Part shown: positions 1-9,355 of the stretch, piece by piece
Numbering within the stretch: the first letter of the stretch is position 1
How the letters are laid out: every line of letters begins with the position of its first letter
Origin: a bacterium
GTDB lineage: Bacteria; Patescibacteriota; Microgenomatia; Levybacterales; UBA12049
Length of the DNA stretch: 64,000 nt
NCBI GenBank assembly: GCA_021824155.1
Contig: JAKALN010000001.1
Coordinates: forward strand, 64,015-128,014
Reading direction: 5' to 3'
The notes under the pieces: model-generated
Told to the model about the DNA's origin: nothing
Seen by the model: the letters and a program-made list of their open reading frames with translations, nothing else
The model's database searches: none
Made by a program: the position numbers and the translations under genes

Positions 1-1202
1 GAAGAAATAAAAGAGTTAATCATAACGGATTTTCCCGAACCTGTGGTTCCCGCTATTAAAACGTGGGGCATTTTTGCAATATCCGCTACAACCGGGGCGC
101 CGGAAACATCAAGCCCCATAGAAACGGTAAGTTTGGATTTTGCTTTTCTCATTACATCCGATGCAAGCATTGTTTTTAGAGTTACTACCTCTAAACTTCT
201 GTTTGGAATTTCTATTCCCACCAAATTTCTTCCCGGAATAGGCGCTTCAATCCTTATCTGTCCGGTCGGCGCTTCCGTTGCTAGGGCTAAATCGTTTGCA
301 AGCGATGTTATTTTGGAAACCTTTGTGCCTAAGGCAATTTCTAAAGCGTACTGCGTAACTGCCGGGCCCAGGTTAACCTCTACGACTTTTGCGCCTATAC
401 CAAACGACTGAAGAGTCCTTTCGATTGTCGCCGCAATTTTTTTAATGTCTCCCCTGTCTGCTTTTTGGCTTGAGGAATCGGACAAAAGGGAAAGGGAAGG
501 ATATTCCCATATTCCGCTTGCCCCAACCGTATTGACGACAAGTTTTTCCGGAATAAGAGGCTCTTTTTTAATAGGCAAAGGAACATTTATCGGAACGTCT
601 TTAAGCGATGCGGAGCTTGGAAATTCCTTGTCCATTCCTTTTATTTTCATCTGTTTATTGGTAGCAAATTCAGGGGATTTTTTGTTTTTGAAAAATGAAA
701 TAAGTTTTGAAGGGACAAACCTTCTCATTGTTGCTGTGATATTTTGTAGATACATAAAAAGTTCGTCAACCGAAGTATCAAAGAAAACAAAAAGCCCTAT
801 TAGGATTCCTGCCAGATACACAAGACTTGCACCCAACCCGCTTAGAGTTGATGCTAAAAGCAAATAAAGCTGCACCCCAATACTTCCTGTTTTAAAAAGA
901 GCAACTGAAGAAACAAAAAACAGCAAAAAACCTATTGCAACGTTAGGCCTTGAAAGAAACATTTTCAGCCTTAAAAACAGAAGTCCGAAAAAAATGATTA
1001 AAAACGGAAAAAGGATTGATAAAATGCCAAAATATTTTTTTAATTCGCCGTTTACGAGCGTTAAAGAATCACCGCTTTTGGAAAAAGACAGAAGGAACAA
1101 AAGTCCCGAAAGTATGAGACCGAAAGCAAAAATAGAATAAATAGTATCTTTTTTAAGTTTTAACTTGAATTTATGCTTCCTATAATGCTTTCTTCTAGGC
1201 AT
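1..1202 (-). CDS. ftsK: DNA translocase FtsK/SpoIIIE, N-terminal membrane domain plus start of motor domain; partial, continues past the window's left edge
   Basis: Manual minus-strand translation from the ATG (revcomp of 1200-1202) gives a multi-TM N-terminus. It then reads ...TIERTLQSFGIGAKVVEVNLGPAVTQYALEIALGTKVSKITSLANDLALA...MPHVLIAGTTGSGKSV, the FtsK alpha/beta domain with its Walker A. There is no stop before position 1. It is missing from the ORF track because it is truncated. Confidence 0.88.
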   Translation of the reverse strand, partial: MPRRKHYRKHKFKLKLKKDTIYSIFAFGLILSGLLFLLSFSKSGDSLTLVNGELKKYFGILSILFPFLIIFFGLLFLRLKMFLSRPNVAIGFLLFFVSSVALFKTGSIGVQLYLLLASTLSGLGASLVYLAGILIGLFVFFDTSVDELFMYLQNITATMRRFVPSKLISFFKNKKSPEFATNKQMKIKGMDKEFPSSASLKDVPINVPLPIKKEPLIPEKLVVNTVGASGIWEYPSLSLLSDSSSQKADRGDIKKIAATIERTLQSFGIGAKVVEVNLGPAVTQYALEIALGTKVSKITSLANDLALATEAPTGQIRIEAPIPGRNLVGIEIPNRSLEVVTLKTMLASDVMRKAKSKLTVSMGLDVSGAPVVADIAKMPHVLIAGTTGSGKSVMINSFIS

Positions 1203-1295
1203 ACACCTTATTATATACGGATAGCCGTATTACTACAAGTTAGGAAGGTGAATTTGATGGTAGACAATGGATGTTAGAGGTTAGAATTTGAAGTT

Positions 1296-1315
1296 GGAAG
1301 ATAGAAGTTAGAAAT
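1296..1315. repeat. 20-nt motif GGAAGATAGAAGTTAGAAAT in the rnj-ftsK intergenic region; a second copy lies at 26355-26374
   Basis: 18/20 identical to GGAAGATAGAAACTAGAAAT, the minus-strand reading of 26355-26374 in the hrcA-grpE spacer. Confidence 0.6.
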
Positions 1316-1369
1316 CCATTTTCCAGATTCGAACTTCAAAATCCAGCTTCCAGCGTCAAGCGTCTATCC

Positions 1370-3034
1370 TCAAATTTCGATTACTACCGGCAAAACAAGG
1401 GGCCTTTTGCGGAGGGTTTTAAAAATACTTTTTTCCGCAATTTGTGCAACTGTTTTCCGGACATATATCCAGTCTTTTATTCTTTCTTTTTTGCCGGAAA
1501 AATTATTTTTTAAATCCCTGTTTAAATTTTTATAAATAAGCGAGTTTTCCTGGGTAGAAAATCCCCTTGCAATAATCGTCGGGTCGTTTATAATTTTACC
1601 TGTTTCCGAATCTATTTCGGCCATTATTACAACTACCCCTTCTTTTGCAATTTTTTTCCTGTCTATTAAAACAAATTGTTCTACTTCTTCTCCAGATATT
1701 TGGTCCACGTAAACGTTTTTAAGGCTTACTTTCTTTCCAAAGGTTGACGATACTCTGTCAAAAATTACGGGCTGGCCGTCGTCTATTAATAATATGTCTC
1801 TGTCTGTAAATCCCTGTCTTTTTGCGAGCTGTTTATAAGCAACCATTTGCCTGAAAGTTCCCCCTATCGGCAGGACTTTCTTTGGATTTACCAGATTCAT
1901 TAAAAGCATTAAATCGTTTGACGCGGCGTGGCCGGAAACATGAAAGTCACCAGAAACTTCCGAATAAACAACCCTTGCCCCCTTTTTTGAAATAGCATCG
2001 ACAACGTTATTTACCAAAACTTCGTTTCCGGGAATCGGATCCGAAGAAAAAATTATAACGTCGTTTGGCCTTATTTTTACTTCGTCGCTATCGTCGTTTA
2101 CAATTCTTGAAAGTGCGGAATTTTCCTGGCCCTGGCTTCCGGCAACTATCAAAACTATATCGCTGTCTTTATAATTTTTAAGCTGCTCCAGGGAAATTTC
2201 CATACCTTTATCTATTTTCATATACCCCAAATTAACCGCAACGTCCCTTGCCTTATACAAAGAACGTCCAACAAAACAGATTTTCCTTCCGGATTTTGCG
2301 GCAGCTTTAATTGCCTGGTTAAGCCTTGAAATATTCGAGGAATAAGTTGTAATTATTACTTTGCCTGCCGCCTTTTCTATTTCTCTTTCAAAACTTTTGC
2401 TAAGGCTTAATTCCGAAGGAGTGTATCCTTCTTTTTCCGCCCTAAGGCAATCGGACATCATGCATATTACCCCTTCTTTTCCCGCGGCAACTATTTTATC
2501 GAACTCGGTTTTTTTGCCGTCAGCGGGGGTAAGATCGAATTTAAAATCACTTCCGTGATAAAAATTGCCAATCGGAGTCCTTATAAAAATATGCGAAGTA
2601 TCCGGAACCGAATGGGTAACTCTTATAAAAGACGCCGAAAAACTTCCGAGCGTGATTTTTCCTCCGCCGAATTCCACGGGTTTTACCCTATTTCCGACTT
2701 CAAACTCTTTTAACTTTTCGTTTGCTAAAGCGGCTGTTAACGGTGTTGCATAAATAGGAAACTGGGGAAGTTGGGGAAGAATAAAAGGCAAAGCTCCGAT
2801 ATGGTCTTCGTGTCCGTGAGTTAAAAGCATTCCTATAATTTTTCCGCCCCGCTTTAACCTTTCCAAAAGATATGACACGTCAGGCAGTAAAAGGTCAACT
2901 CCGACCATTGTTTCGTCTGCAAAACCTATACCGCAGTCAACGATTAAAATCTCGTCTTTATATTCATAAAGATACATATTTTTTGTTACATCGGAGATTC
3001 CTCCTAGGGGTGTAAGTGTTATTTTTTCTTCCAT
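1370..3034 (-). CDS. rnj: Ribonuclease J (metallo-beta-lactamase / beta-CASP RNase)
   Basis: 554 aa. It has the LTPLGGISDVTKNMYLYEY N-terminus, the HGHEDHIGALP zinc motif and a beta-CASP region, which together are typical of RNase J. Confidence 0.9.
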   Translation of the reverse strand: MEEKITLTPLGGISDVTKNMYLYEYKDEILIVDCGIGFADETMVGVDLLLPDVSYLLERLKRGGKIIGMLLTHGHEDHIGALPFILPQLPQFPIYATPLTAALANEKLKEFEVGNRVKPVEFGGGKITLGSFSASFIRVTHSVPDTSHIFIRTPIGNFYHGSDFKFDLTPADGKKTEFDKIVAAGKEGVICMMSDCLRAEKEGYTPSELSLSKSFEREIEKAAGKVIITTYSSNISRLNQAIKAAAKSGRKICFVGRSLYKARDVAVNLGYMKIDKGMEISLEQLKNYKDSDIVLIVAGSQGQENSALSRIVNDDSDEVKIRPNDVIIFSSDPIPGNEVLVNNVVDAISKKGARVVYSEVSGDFHVSGHAASNDLMLLMNLVNPKKVLPIGGTFRQMVAYKQLAKRQGFTDRDILLIDDGQPVIFDRVSSTFGKKVSLKNVYVDQISGEEVEQFVLIDRKKIAKEGVVVIMAEIDSETGKIINDPTIIARGFSTQENSLIYKNLNRDLKNNFSGKKERIKDWIYVRKTVAQIAEKSIFKTLRKRPLVLPVVIEI

Positions 3035-3037
3035 AAT

Positions 3038-4099
3038 TTATACCGGTAAAAACTGTTTAATATTTTCGTTTGTAATATGGACTCCCTGGGGCGATTTTCC
3101 CTCGACAATAAGTCTTGCGGATTTTCTGCATATTCCCTGTATTGTCCTTTCCAAACTTCTTATGCCCGAATCAAAACCCAGTGGCCTTATTATAGCAGGC
3201 CAAAGGCCCTCGTCTATGACTATTTGGTTTTCGGCAAGCCCTGCGCCTTGTCTTATTTTGGGGAAAAGGTACTTCTTGGCAATAGTTTCTTTTTCCAAAT
3301 CCGTATAAGAAGGCATTTGGACAATCTCAAGCCTGTCTAAAACTGCAGTTGAAATATTTGTGGTATTATTTGCCGTTGCTATAAACAAAACGTGGGACAA
3401 ATCAAACGGATAATCAATGTAATGGTCCGTAAAAGCCCTGTTTTGTTCGGGATCCAAAAGTTCTACCAAAACACCCATTATGTCGGACCTTGCGGACTCT
3501 GTTACCCTGTCTAATTCATCGAGTAAAATTACGGAATTCTTACTTTGTGCGTTTACTATTTTTTTGATTATTGCGCCCGGTTCAGCATCCGCAAAAGCTC
3601 TTGACTGTCCCCTTAATGCCCTTGCGTCTCCCATGCCTCCGAAAGGAATCCTTTCGAACTTCCTTCCCAGAGCTTCCGCTATAGAATAGGCAAGAGTCGT
3701 TTTTCCCGTTCCAACCAGTCCTATTAAACAAAGAATGGGGGCTCTTATAACTTTATCTTCCGAATTGTTTTTCATACTTAAAATAATTGATGCCAAATAC
3801 TCAAGAATAATATTTTTTACGCTTTCTAACCCGTAATGGTTTTTATCCAAAACCGTTTTTGCGCTGTTAATATCCAAAATATCCGTTGTTTCTTTATTAA
3901 AAGGAAGTGAAACCACCCAGTCTATATAACTGGATATTCCTTCGTAGCTTATAAAAGACCCTCCGCCTTGTTTTAAACTTGCCGATAAAAGGGTGATCAT
4001 TCCGTTTATTTTTTCCGAAAGTTCCGGGGGCAAATTGGCGGCCTTTGTTTTCTCCTGGAGTTTTTGTATTTGGCTATCTAAAGAAAGGGCAGAATCCAT
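3038..4099 (-). CDS. Lon-type AAA+ ATPase module with no N-terminal substrate domain and no protease domain
   Basis: 353 aa that align to the LonA linker helix plus AAA+ domain: HYGLESVKNIILEYLA, Walker A LCLIGLVGTGKTT, Walker B VILLDELDR, and LLDPEQNRAFTDHYIDYPFDLSHVLFIATAN. The protein ends at ...ENIKQFLPV, where the Lon S16 protease domain would begin. It sits between pnp and rnj, with a 3-nt gap to rnj. Confidence 0.8.
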   Translation of the reverse strand: MDSALSLDSQIQKLQEKTKAANLPPELSEKINGMITLLSASLKQGGGSFISYEGISSYIDWVVSLPFNKETTDILDINSAKTVLDKNHYGLESVKNIILEYLASIILSMKNNSEDKVIRAPILCLIGLVGTGKTTLAYSIAEALGRKFERIPFGGMGDARALRGQSRAFADAEPGAIIKKIVNAQSKNSVILLDELDRVTESARSDIMGVLVELLDPEQNRAFTDHYIDYPFDLSHVLFIATANNTTNISTAVLDRLEIVQMPSYTDLEKETIAKKYLFPKIRQGAGLAENQIVIDEGLWPAIIRPLGFDSGIRSLERTIQGICRKSARLIVEGKSPQGVHITNENIKQFLPV

Positions 4100-4126
4100 A
4101 CAATAATAATAACATACAAATAATTT

Positions 4127-4242
4127 CTAAGCACTAATATCTAATTTCTAAATAAATATTAAAATTCCAATGACAAAAATGCAGAATTTGGGATTTAAAA
4201 TTTTCAATTTATTTAGGATTTAGAGTTTAGAAATTAGGATTT
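4127..4242. repeat. Copy of the same intergenic repeat element, between the pnp stop and the Lon-like start
   Basis: The 28-nt core at 4127-4153 has 24/28 identities to the groE copy, including 13/13 on CTAAGCACTAATA. taggattt repeats lie at 4212-4242. It is in inverted orientation relative to the groE copy. Confidence 0.7.
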
Positions 4243-6544
4243 AGTAGCGGGGTTTTCTGTCTCGGCTGTCTCTGTTATATCCGCCTGTTCTAGGGCCTTT
4301 ATTTCTCCAATCGCTTACTCCTCTTTCTCTTCTTAGCTGCATTGCCAAAGGATGTTCCGAACGCGGTCTTGCGTCAACTCCGGGTCCTCTTCTGTCCGGT
4401 CCGTGGCCCTCCGGGTTAAAAGGGGGCCTTCTTCTTGACTCGTCCGAACCTTCCGGCAGCATAGAAAGGTTTATTCTTCCCTGGTCGTCTATTTCTACAA
4501 CTCTTACTTTTACTTTTTCTCCTATTTTTACGACGTCGTTAGGGTCTTTTACGAATTCCGTTGACATTTTGGAAACATGAACCATTCCTTCTTTGCCCGG
4601 TAGAAATTCTACGAATGCTCCGAAAGGCAAAATTCTTTTTACTTCTCCTTCAAAACTTTCTCCGACTGTTACTTCCCTTGTTAATCCCTTAACCCATTCA
4701 AGCGCTTTATCAACTGCTTCATCGGTTGTTCCCGATATTGCAACCGAACCGTCGTCTTCTACGTCAACCGTTGCTCCTGTTGTTGCGATAATATTTTTAA
4801 TTATTTTTCCGCCCGGCCCTATTAATTCTCCGATTTTTTCAACCGGAATTTTAAGCATTTCAATTTTTGGCGCGTATTGCGAAAGGTTTGCCCTTGGGGT
4901 TGGAATAACTGCGTGCATTTTTTCAAGGATTTGAAGCCTTGCGTCCTTTGCCCTTTGCAAAATAGCTTCGACTTGTTCTACCGTAAGTCCGGGGATTTTT
5001 ACATCAAGCTGTATTGCGGTAACACCGTCGTCTGTTCCCGCAACTTTAAAATCCATATCTCCCGAAAAATCTTCAAGACCAATTATGTCCGTTAACAATT
5101 CGTATTTTGAATCATCGGACATCATTCCTATGGAAATTCCGGCAACAGGTTTTTTAATAGGCACTCCTGCATCCATTAAGGCAAGGGTCGAACCGCAGGT
5201 AGATGCCATAGAGCTTGAGCCGTTTTGCGATAAAACTTCGGAAACAACTCTAATCGTGTAAGGGAAAACATCCTGGCCGGGAATTACTGGAAGAAGCGCT
5301 CTTTCTGCCAATGCTCCGTGGCCTATTTCTCTTCTTGAAGGTGTTCCGACTCTTCCTGTTTGTCCGAATGAATAAGGAAGTCCGGAATAGTGGTGTATAT
5401 ATCTTTTTGTCTCTTCTCCCTCTGCTGATTCAATTAACTGCTCCATTCTGGGGCTTCCCAAAGTTACTATGGAAAGGGCCTGTGTTATTCCTCTTTGAAA
5501 AATAGCGCTTCCGTGGGTTCTTGGTAAAATACCAAGACTCATAGCAAGGGGCCTTATTTCGTCCATTTTTCTTCCGTCTGCTCTTTTTTTCTTTTCCAAA
5601 ACGTTTGAGCGGATAATTTTGTACATTACGTTTTCTATAGCTTTTACAATTACTTTTTTATCTGCCTCGTTTTCCGAACTTGCCGCTTTTTGGTCTTCGT
5701 AAATTTTAGTTACCAAATCTCCCATTTCGTCTCCCCCCGATTCCTTATTTACTCTTGATTTTATAAGTGCTTCCACGTCGTCTTTATAAGTTTTGTTTAT
5801 TAAGACAACCGTTTCGTGTAAAAGATTCTCTTCCGAAACTTCAAGCTTTTTCTGTCCGACTTTTTTGGTTAAATCCTCGATTAGGGAAATTATCTCTTTT
5901 GTTTCCTTATGTGCTCTTTTAATTGCCTCGACAAGAACCTCTTCTTTAATCTGCATTGCTCCGGCTTCAATCATTACGGTTTTATCTTTTGATTGGGATG
6001 CGACAATGTCTAATTCCGAAAACTGGGCTTCGGGTCCTCCGGGGTTTATAAGATATTCCGCTGCGTTTCCGTTTTCCTTTACGTATCCTACTCTTACAGC
6101 TCCTATCGGACCGTTCCAGGGAATTCTGGAAATTGCCAAAGCCGCCGAAACCGCGTTTATTGCCAAGATGTCCGGCTCGTTTTCTCCGTCAACAGATAAT
6201 ACGGTAACAATAACCTGTACTTCGTTTTTAAATGCTTTGGGAAACAAAGGTCTTATGCTTCTATCTATAAGACGTCCCGCAAGAATGGCTTCGTCGGAGG
6301 GGCGTCCTTCACGTTTTACCCACCTGGAGCCTTTTATTCTTCCGCCTGCATAAAGTCTTTCGACATAATCTACGGAAAGGGGGAAATAATCAAGCTCCGT
6401 CGGTCCGCCTTCTACAACGGTAACCAGAACAACCGTGTCTCCGAGTCTTGCTAAAACCGAAGCTGTAGCTTGTTCTGCCAATTCACCTGTTTCAAGGGTC
6501 AATTTTTTCCCTGCTAATTCAATACTTACTGAGGTTTTTTCCAT
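4241..6544 (-). CDS. pnp: Polyribonucleotide nucleotidyltransferase (PNPase) with an Arg-rich C-terminal extension
   Basis: 767 aa with two RNase PH domains, a KH and an S1 domain. The C-terminal ~70 aa are Arg/Pro/Gly-rich (RRRPPFNPEGHGPDRRGPGVDARPRSEH...RDSRDRKPRY). Confidence 0.95.
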   Translation of the reverse strand: MEKTSVSIELAGKKLTLETGELAEQATASVLARLGDTVVLVTVVEGGPTELDYFPLSVDYVERLYAGGRIKGSRWVKREGRPSDEAILAGRLIDRSIRPLFPKAFKNEVQVIVTVLSVDGENEPDILAINAVSAALAISRIPWNGPIGAVRVGYVKENGNAAEYLINPGGPEAQFSELDIVASQSKDKTVMIEAGAMQIKEEVLVEAIKRAHKETKEIISLIEDLTKKVGQKKLEVSEENLLHETVVLINKTYKDDVEALIKSRVNKESGGDEMGDLVTKIYEDQKAASSENEADKKVIVKAIENVMYKIIRSNVLEKKKRADGRKMDEIRPLAMSLGILPRTHGSAIFQRGITQALSIVTLGSPRMEQLIESAEGEETKRYIHHYSGLPYSFGQTGRVGTPSRREIGHGALAERALLPVIPGQDVFPYTIRVVSEVLSQNGSSSMASTCGSTLALMDAGVPIKKPVAGISIGMMSDDSKYELLTDIIGLEDFSGDMDFKVAGTDDGVTAIQLDVKIPGLTVEQVEAILQRAKDARLQILEKMHAVIPTPRANLSQYAPKIEMLKIPVEKIGELIGPGGKIIKNIIATTGATVDVEDDGSVAISGTTDEAVDKALEWVKGLTREVTVGESFEGEVKRILPFGAFVEFLPGKEGMVHVSKMSTEFVKDPNDVVKIGEKVKVRVVEIDDQGRINLSMLPEGSDESRRRPPFNPEGHGPDRRGPGVDARPRSEHPLAMQLRRERGVSDWRNKGPRTGGYNRDSRDRKPRY

Positions 6545-6549
6545 TAAAT

Positions 6550-6819
6550 TTAGTCCTTAAGTCCAATCTTTTTACCAATATCAGAGGCTCTTGCCTTATC
6601 TACCTTTACCAAGAAATTTAAAAGCCTTCTTCTTTTTGCAATCATTGACAGTAGGCCGCGCCTGCTGTGCGTGTCATGGATATGTTCTTTAAGATGTTCC
6701 GTTAAACGCGTTATCCTGGTAGTCAAAAGTGCGATTTGCACTTCCGGGCTTCCCGTATCGCCTTTAACAGTCTGGAATTCTTTTATAATGTTTTGTTTTT
6801 CCGAAGTACTTAGCGGCAT
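6550..6819 (-). CDS. rpsO: 30S ribosomal protein S15
   Basis: 89 aa. It has the typical S15 sequence (…LTEHLKEHIHDTHSRRGLLSMIAKRRRLLNFL…) and sits immediately upstream of pnp, as expected. Confidence 0.95.
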   Translation of the reverse strand: MPLSTSEKQNIIKEFQTVKGDTGSPEVQIALLTTRITRLTEHLKEHIHDTHSRRGLLSMIAKRRRLLNFLVKVDKARASDIGKKIGLKD

Positions 6820-6890
6820 AATTTTATTAAATTCTTAAAATCAAACGTAGTGAGTATTATATCAGTTCTCAAAAATTTTATCAATGGTTA

Positions 6891-7805
6891 TTAGAAGTTA
6901 GTCGAACCTTTATAGATTTTTGGCGCAAGCCAATCATCGGGAGGATTCTTTTCGTCCTTTTTTTGGGCTTCTTCGTTTTTAACCGGCTGTTGTTTTTGCT
7001 CTGCCTGTTTTTGTTCGATAGGTCTTTGAAAAAACGGGTCGACTTCAAGCTTTTGCTCATCTTTTTTCAAACTTCCGACCCTTATAGCGCCGTTCCTCAT
7101 TAAAAGTCCTACCATCTCGAAAGCAAGAGCGCTTGTTTTGGGATTTTGAAAATTCCCGGTTGCAAAAGAAATTCCGTACATTAAATTTTGCGCTATATCG
7201 GTATTCATTTTAAAATTAAGGCTTAAAATCAGATTTGCAATTTGTTCGGAAACAGAAGAAAGCATTGGGTAAACCATAACTATATCTCCGAAACCCTGGT
7301 TATCTGCTTTGTTGTCTATATTTATAACCATAGTATCTTTAAGATCGGCTACGTCAAAAAGCTTTGCAACATCGGAAAGCCTTTGTACACCGACTGTAAA
7401 AAGAAGGGTAGGAACGCCATTTCCTCCTCTTGTAAACTTTACGTCTTTATCCTCAAAAGAAAGGCCTTTTTCCCCCGCTTTTACGACAATATTTAGAAGC
7501 CCGTTTTCAAGAGTATAAGAAACCTTATCTATTTCCCCTTCTTCATAAGGGAAAGAAACTACCAAGTCTCCCGATGCACCGGAAAGAGATGTCTGGACCT
7601 TATCTATCCCAACCAAGGATGAAACTTCAACAAGAGGATTATCGGGCGTTGCAATAGTTACCGTTTTTCCTAATTCTTTTAATGCCAAATACAACGAAAG
7701 GCCCGCGCCCATTTCATCTAATGTAGGGTTTTTAGGCGTAATAATACCTATAGTGTTATTTTTCCCTATAGCTTCGCCTATTTGTCTGAAGGTTAAATTA
7801 TCCAT
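6891..7805 (-). CDS. DHH/DHHA1-family (NrnA-like) protein with degenerate catalytic motifs
   Basis: 304 aa. The DHH-like fold signature is present (ITPKNPTLDEMGAGLSLYLALKELGKTVTIATPDNP ... VINIDNKADNQGFGD). However, motif I His/Asp and the DHH triad read T/T and DNK instead. It lies downstream of infB, where RbfA/NrnA-type genes usually sit. Confidence 0.6.
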   Translation of the reverse strand: MDNLTFRQIGEAIGKNNTIGIITPKNPTLDEMGAGLSLYLALKELGKTVTIATPDNPLVEVSSLVGIDKVQTSLSGASGDLVVSFPYEEGEIDKVSYTLENGLLNIVVKAGEKGLSFEDKDVKFTRGGNGVPTLLFTVGVQRLSDVAKLFDVADLKDTMVINIDNKADNQGFGDIVMVYPMLSSVSEQIANLILSLNFKMNTDIAQNLMYGISFATGNFQNPKTSALAFEMVGLLMRNGAIRVGSLKKDEQKLEVDPFFQRPIEQKQAEQKQQPVKNEEAQKKDEKNPPDDWLAPKIYKGSTNF

Positions 7806-7811
7806 ATTATT

Positions 7812-9299
7812 TTAACGATGGGATATTAGCACATCTCCTATAGTAAAGTCAAGGAATGGGGAAACGATAATTCCTGCCTCCTGGCCTTTTTCCGCTTTTG
7901 ATATTGTATTTTTTCCCTGTCTTACGGATGAAATATTGGTTTCGCCCAAAATTTCTTCTCCGCGCATAAGTCTTACCCGGTCGCCTCTTGCTATTCTGCC
8001 CTCCAAAACCGAAATTCCCATAACCTCGGTTTTTTCAAAGGGAAATCTTGCTAAAATTTTGGCGGTTCCGAATACCTCTTCCTGCAGTGACAGAATTTTT
8101 CCCTCCAGGAAATCTTTTATTTCATCTAACATTTCGTAAATAATCATATAGTTTTTAATAAGTACTTTCTCCGTTGTAGCAAGCTTTAAAACTTCGGGTT
8201 TAATTTTTATATTAAAACCCAAAATAATTGCCCCTACGGATTTTGCGAATAAAACATCCGAAGTTTCCATGTCTCCGGTTTTTGCAAGAACAATTTTTAT
8301 CCTTTCGGGCATCTGGTTTTGTATTGCCTCTAAAGAACCCTGGCTGTCCGCGCAAAGAACTATAGATAAAACATCTTCGTCAACCACAGAGCCCATCATG
8401 CGGAGTTCTTCTTCTGTTTTTGGCTCCTGGGGAATTTGTATAATACGCTCTTTGTCTTGTATGCCTTTTTTAATTACTACGCCTCCCACTTTTGGGACTT
8501 TTTCAAAACCCAGGATTTCAACCGCATCTCCCACCGTTGCTTTTTCAAGTCTTTCCCCAAAACTGCTTATAATAGTCCTTACTCTTCCCGGGGCTTTTTC
8601 ACATTCTATTTCGTCTCTTAAAGAGACTATCCCGTTTTTAATTATTAAAGTTGCCCGCGGACCTGATTTTTGGTCGAGTTTTGATTCAATAATAATTGCC
8701 GAGAAAGGATTATCGGAGGAAAAATTATAAAATCCTGCATGTTTTTTCATATCAAAAACAAGAAGGATTAGTTCTAAAAGCTCTTTAATGTTTGTGTTTG
8801 TTTTGGCGGAAACTTCAATTACGGGAATATCTCCTCCGTAATTTTCCAACAGCACTTCTTCTTTTAATAGCTGCTGTTTTGCTTTTTCCGGATTTTTATT
8901 CGGGTCATCGGATTTTGTAAGAGCAACTATAAAAGGAATTTTTGAAGCTTTAAGAAGCTGGATACTTTCTTTTGTCTGGGGCATTACCCCGTCAACAGAT
9001 GAAACAACCAAAATTCCTATATCCGCGGCCTGAACTCCTCTTCCCCTCATTAAAGAAAATGCCTCGTGTCCGGGGGTATCTATAAAAGTTATCTTTCTTT
9101 TTTTACCTTCGTGCTCTACTTCCACGGTTGAAGCGCCGATTTTTTGTGTAATTCCGCCGTGTTCCTTTTGGGCAACGCTTGTTTTTCTTATTGTGTCCAA
9201 AAGCGTGGTTTTTCCGTGGTCAACGTGGCCTAAAACAGCAACAACAGGTGGGTAGTCTAAAACTTTATCTTCAGCTTTTTCATTAGTCTTTTTTGCCAT
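7812..9299 (-). CDS. infB: Translation initiation factor IF-2, short form without an N-terminal extension
   Basis: 495 aa. The G domain has VAVLGHVDHGKTTLLD and DTPGH, followed by the IF-2 domains II-IV. Confidence 0.9.
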   Translation of the reverse strand: MAKKTNEKAEDKVLDYPPVVAVLGHVDHGKTTLLDTIRKTSVAQKEHGGITQKIGASTVEVEHEGKKRKITFIDTPGHEAFSLMRGRGVQAADIGILVVSSVDGVMPQTKESIQLLKASKIPFIVALTKSDDPNKNPEKAKQQLLKEEVLLENYGGDIPVIEVSAKTNTNIKELLELILLVFDMKKHAGFYNFSSDNPFSAIIIESKLDQKSGPRATLIIKNGIVSLRDEIECEKAPGRVRTIISSFGERLEKATVGDAVEILGFEKVPKVGGVVIKKGIQDKERIIQIPQEPKTEEELRMMGSVVDEDVLSIVLCADSQGSLEAIQNQMPERIKIVLAKTGDMETSDVLFAKSVGAIILGFNIKIKPEVLKLATTEKVLIKNYMIIYEMLDEIKDFLEGKILSLQEEVFGTAKILARFPFEKTEVMGISVLEGRIARGDRVRLMRGEEILGETNISSVRQGKNTISKAEKGQEAGIIVSPFLDFTIGDVLISHR

Positions 9300-9355
9300 A
9301 TATTTAGTATTTTAATTGACAAGTTATTATTGTTTGAAAAAATACTTCTCATATT

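Noticed and set aside
43-867. Plus-strand ORFs of 122 aa and 140 aa (43-411 and 445-867)
   Set aside because: They lie antisense to the clearly real ftsK reading frame (Walker A GTTGSGKS on the minus strand). Their composition is low-complexity, so they are spurious.
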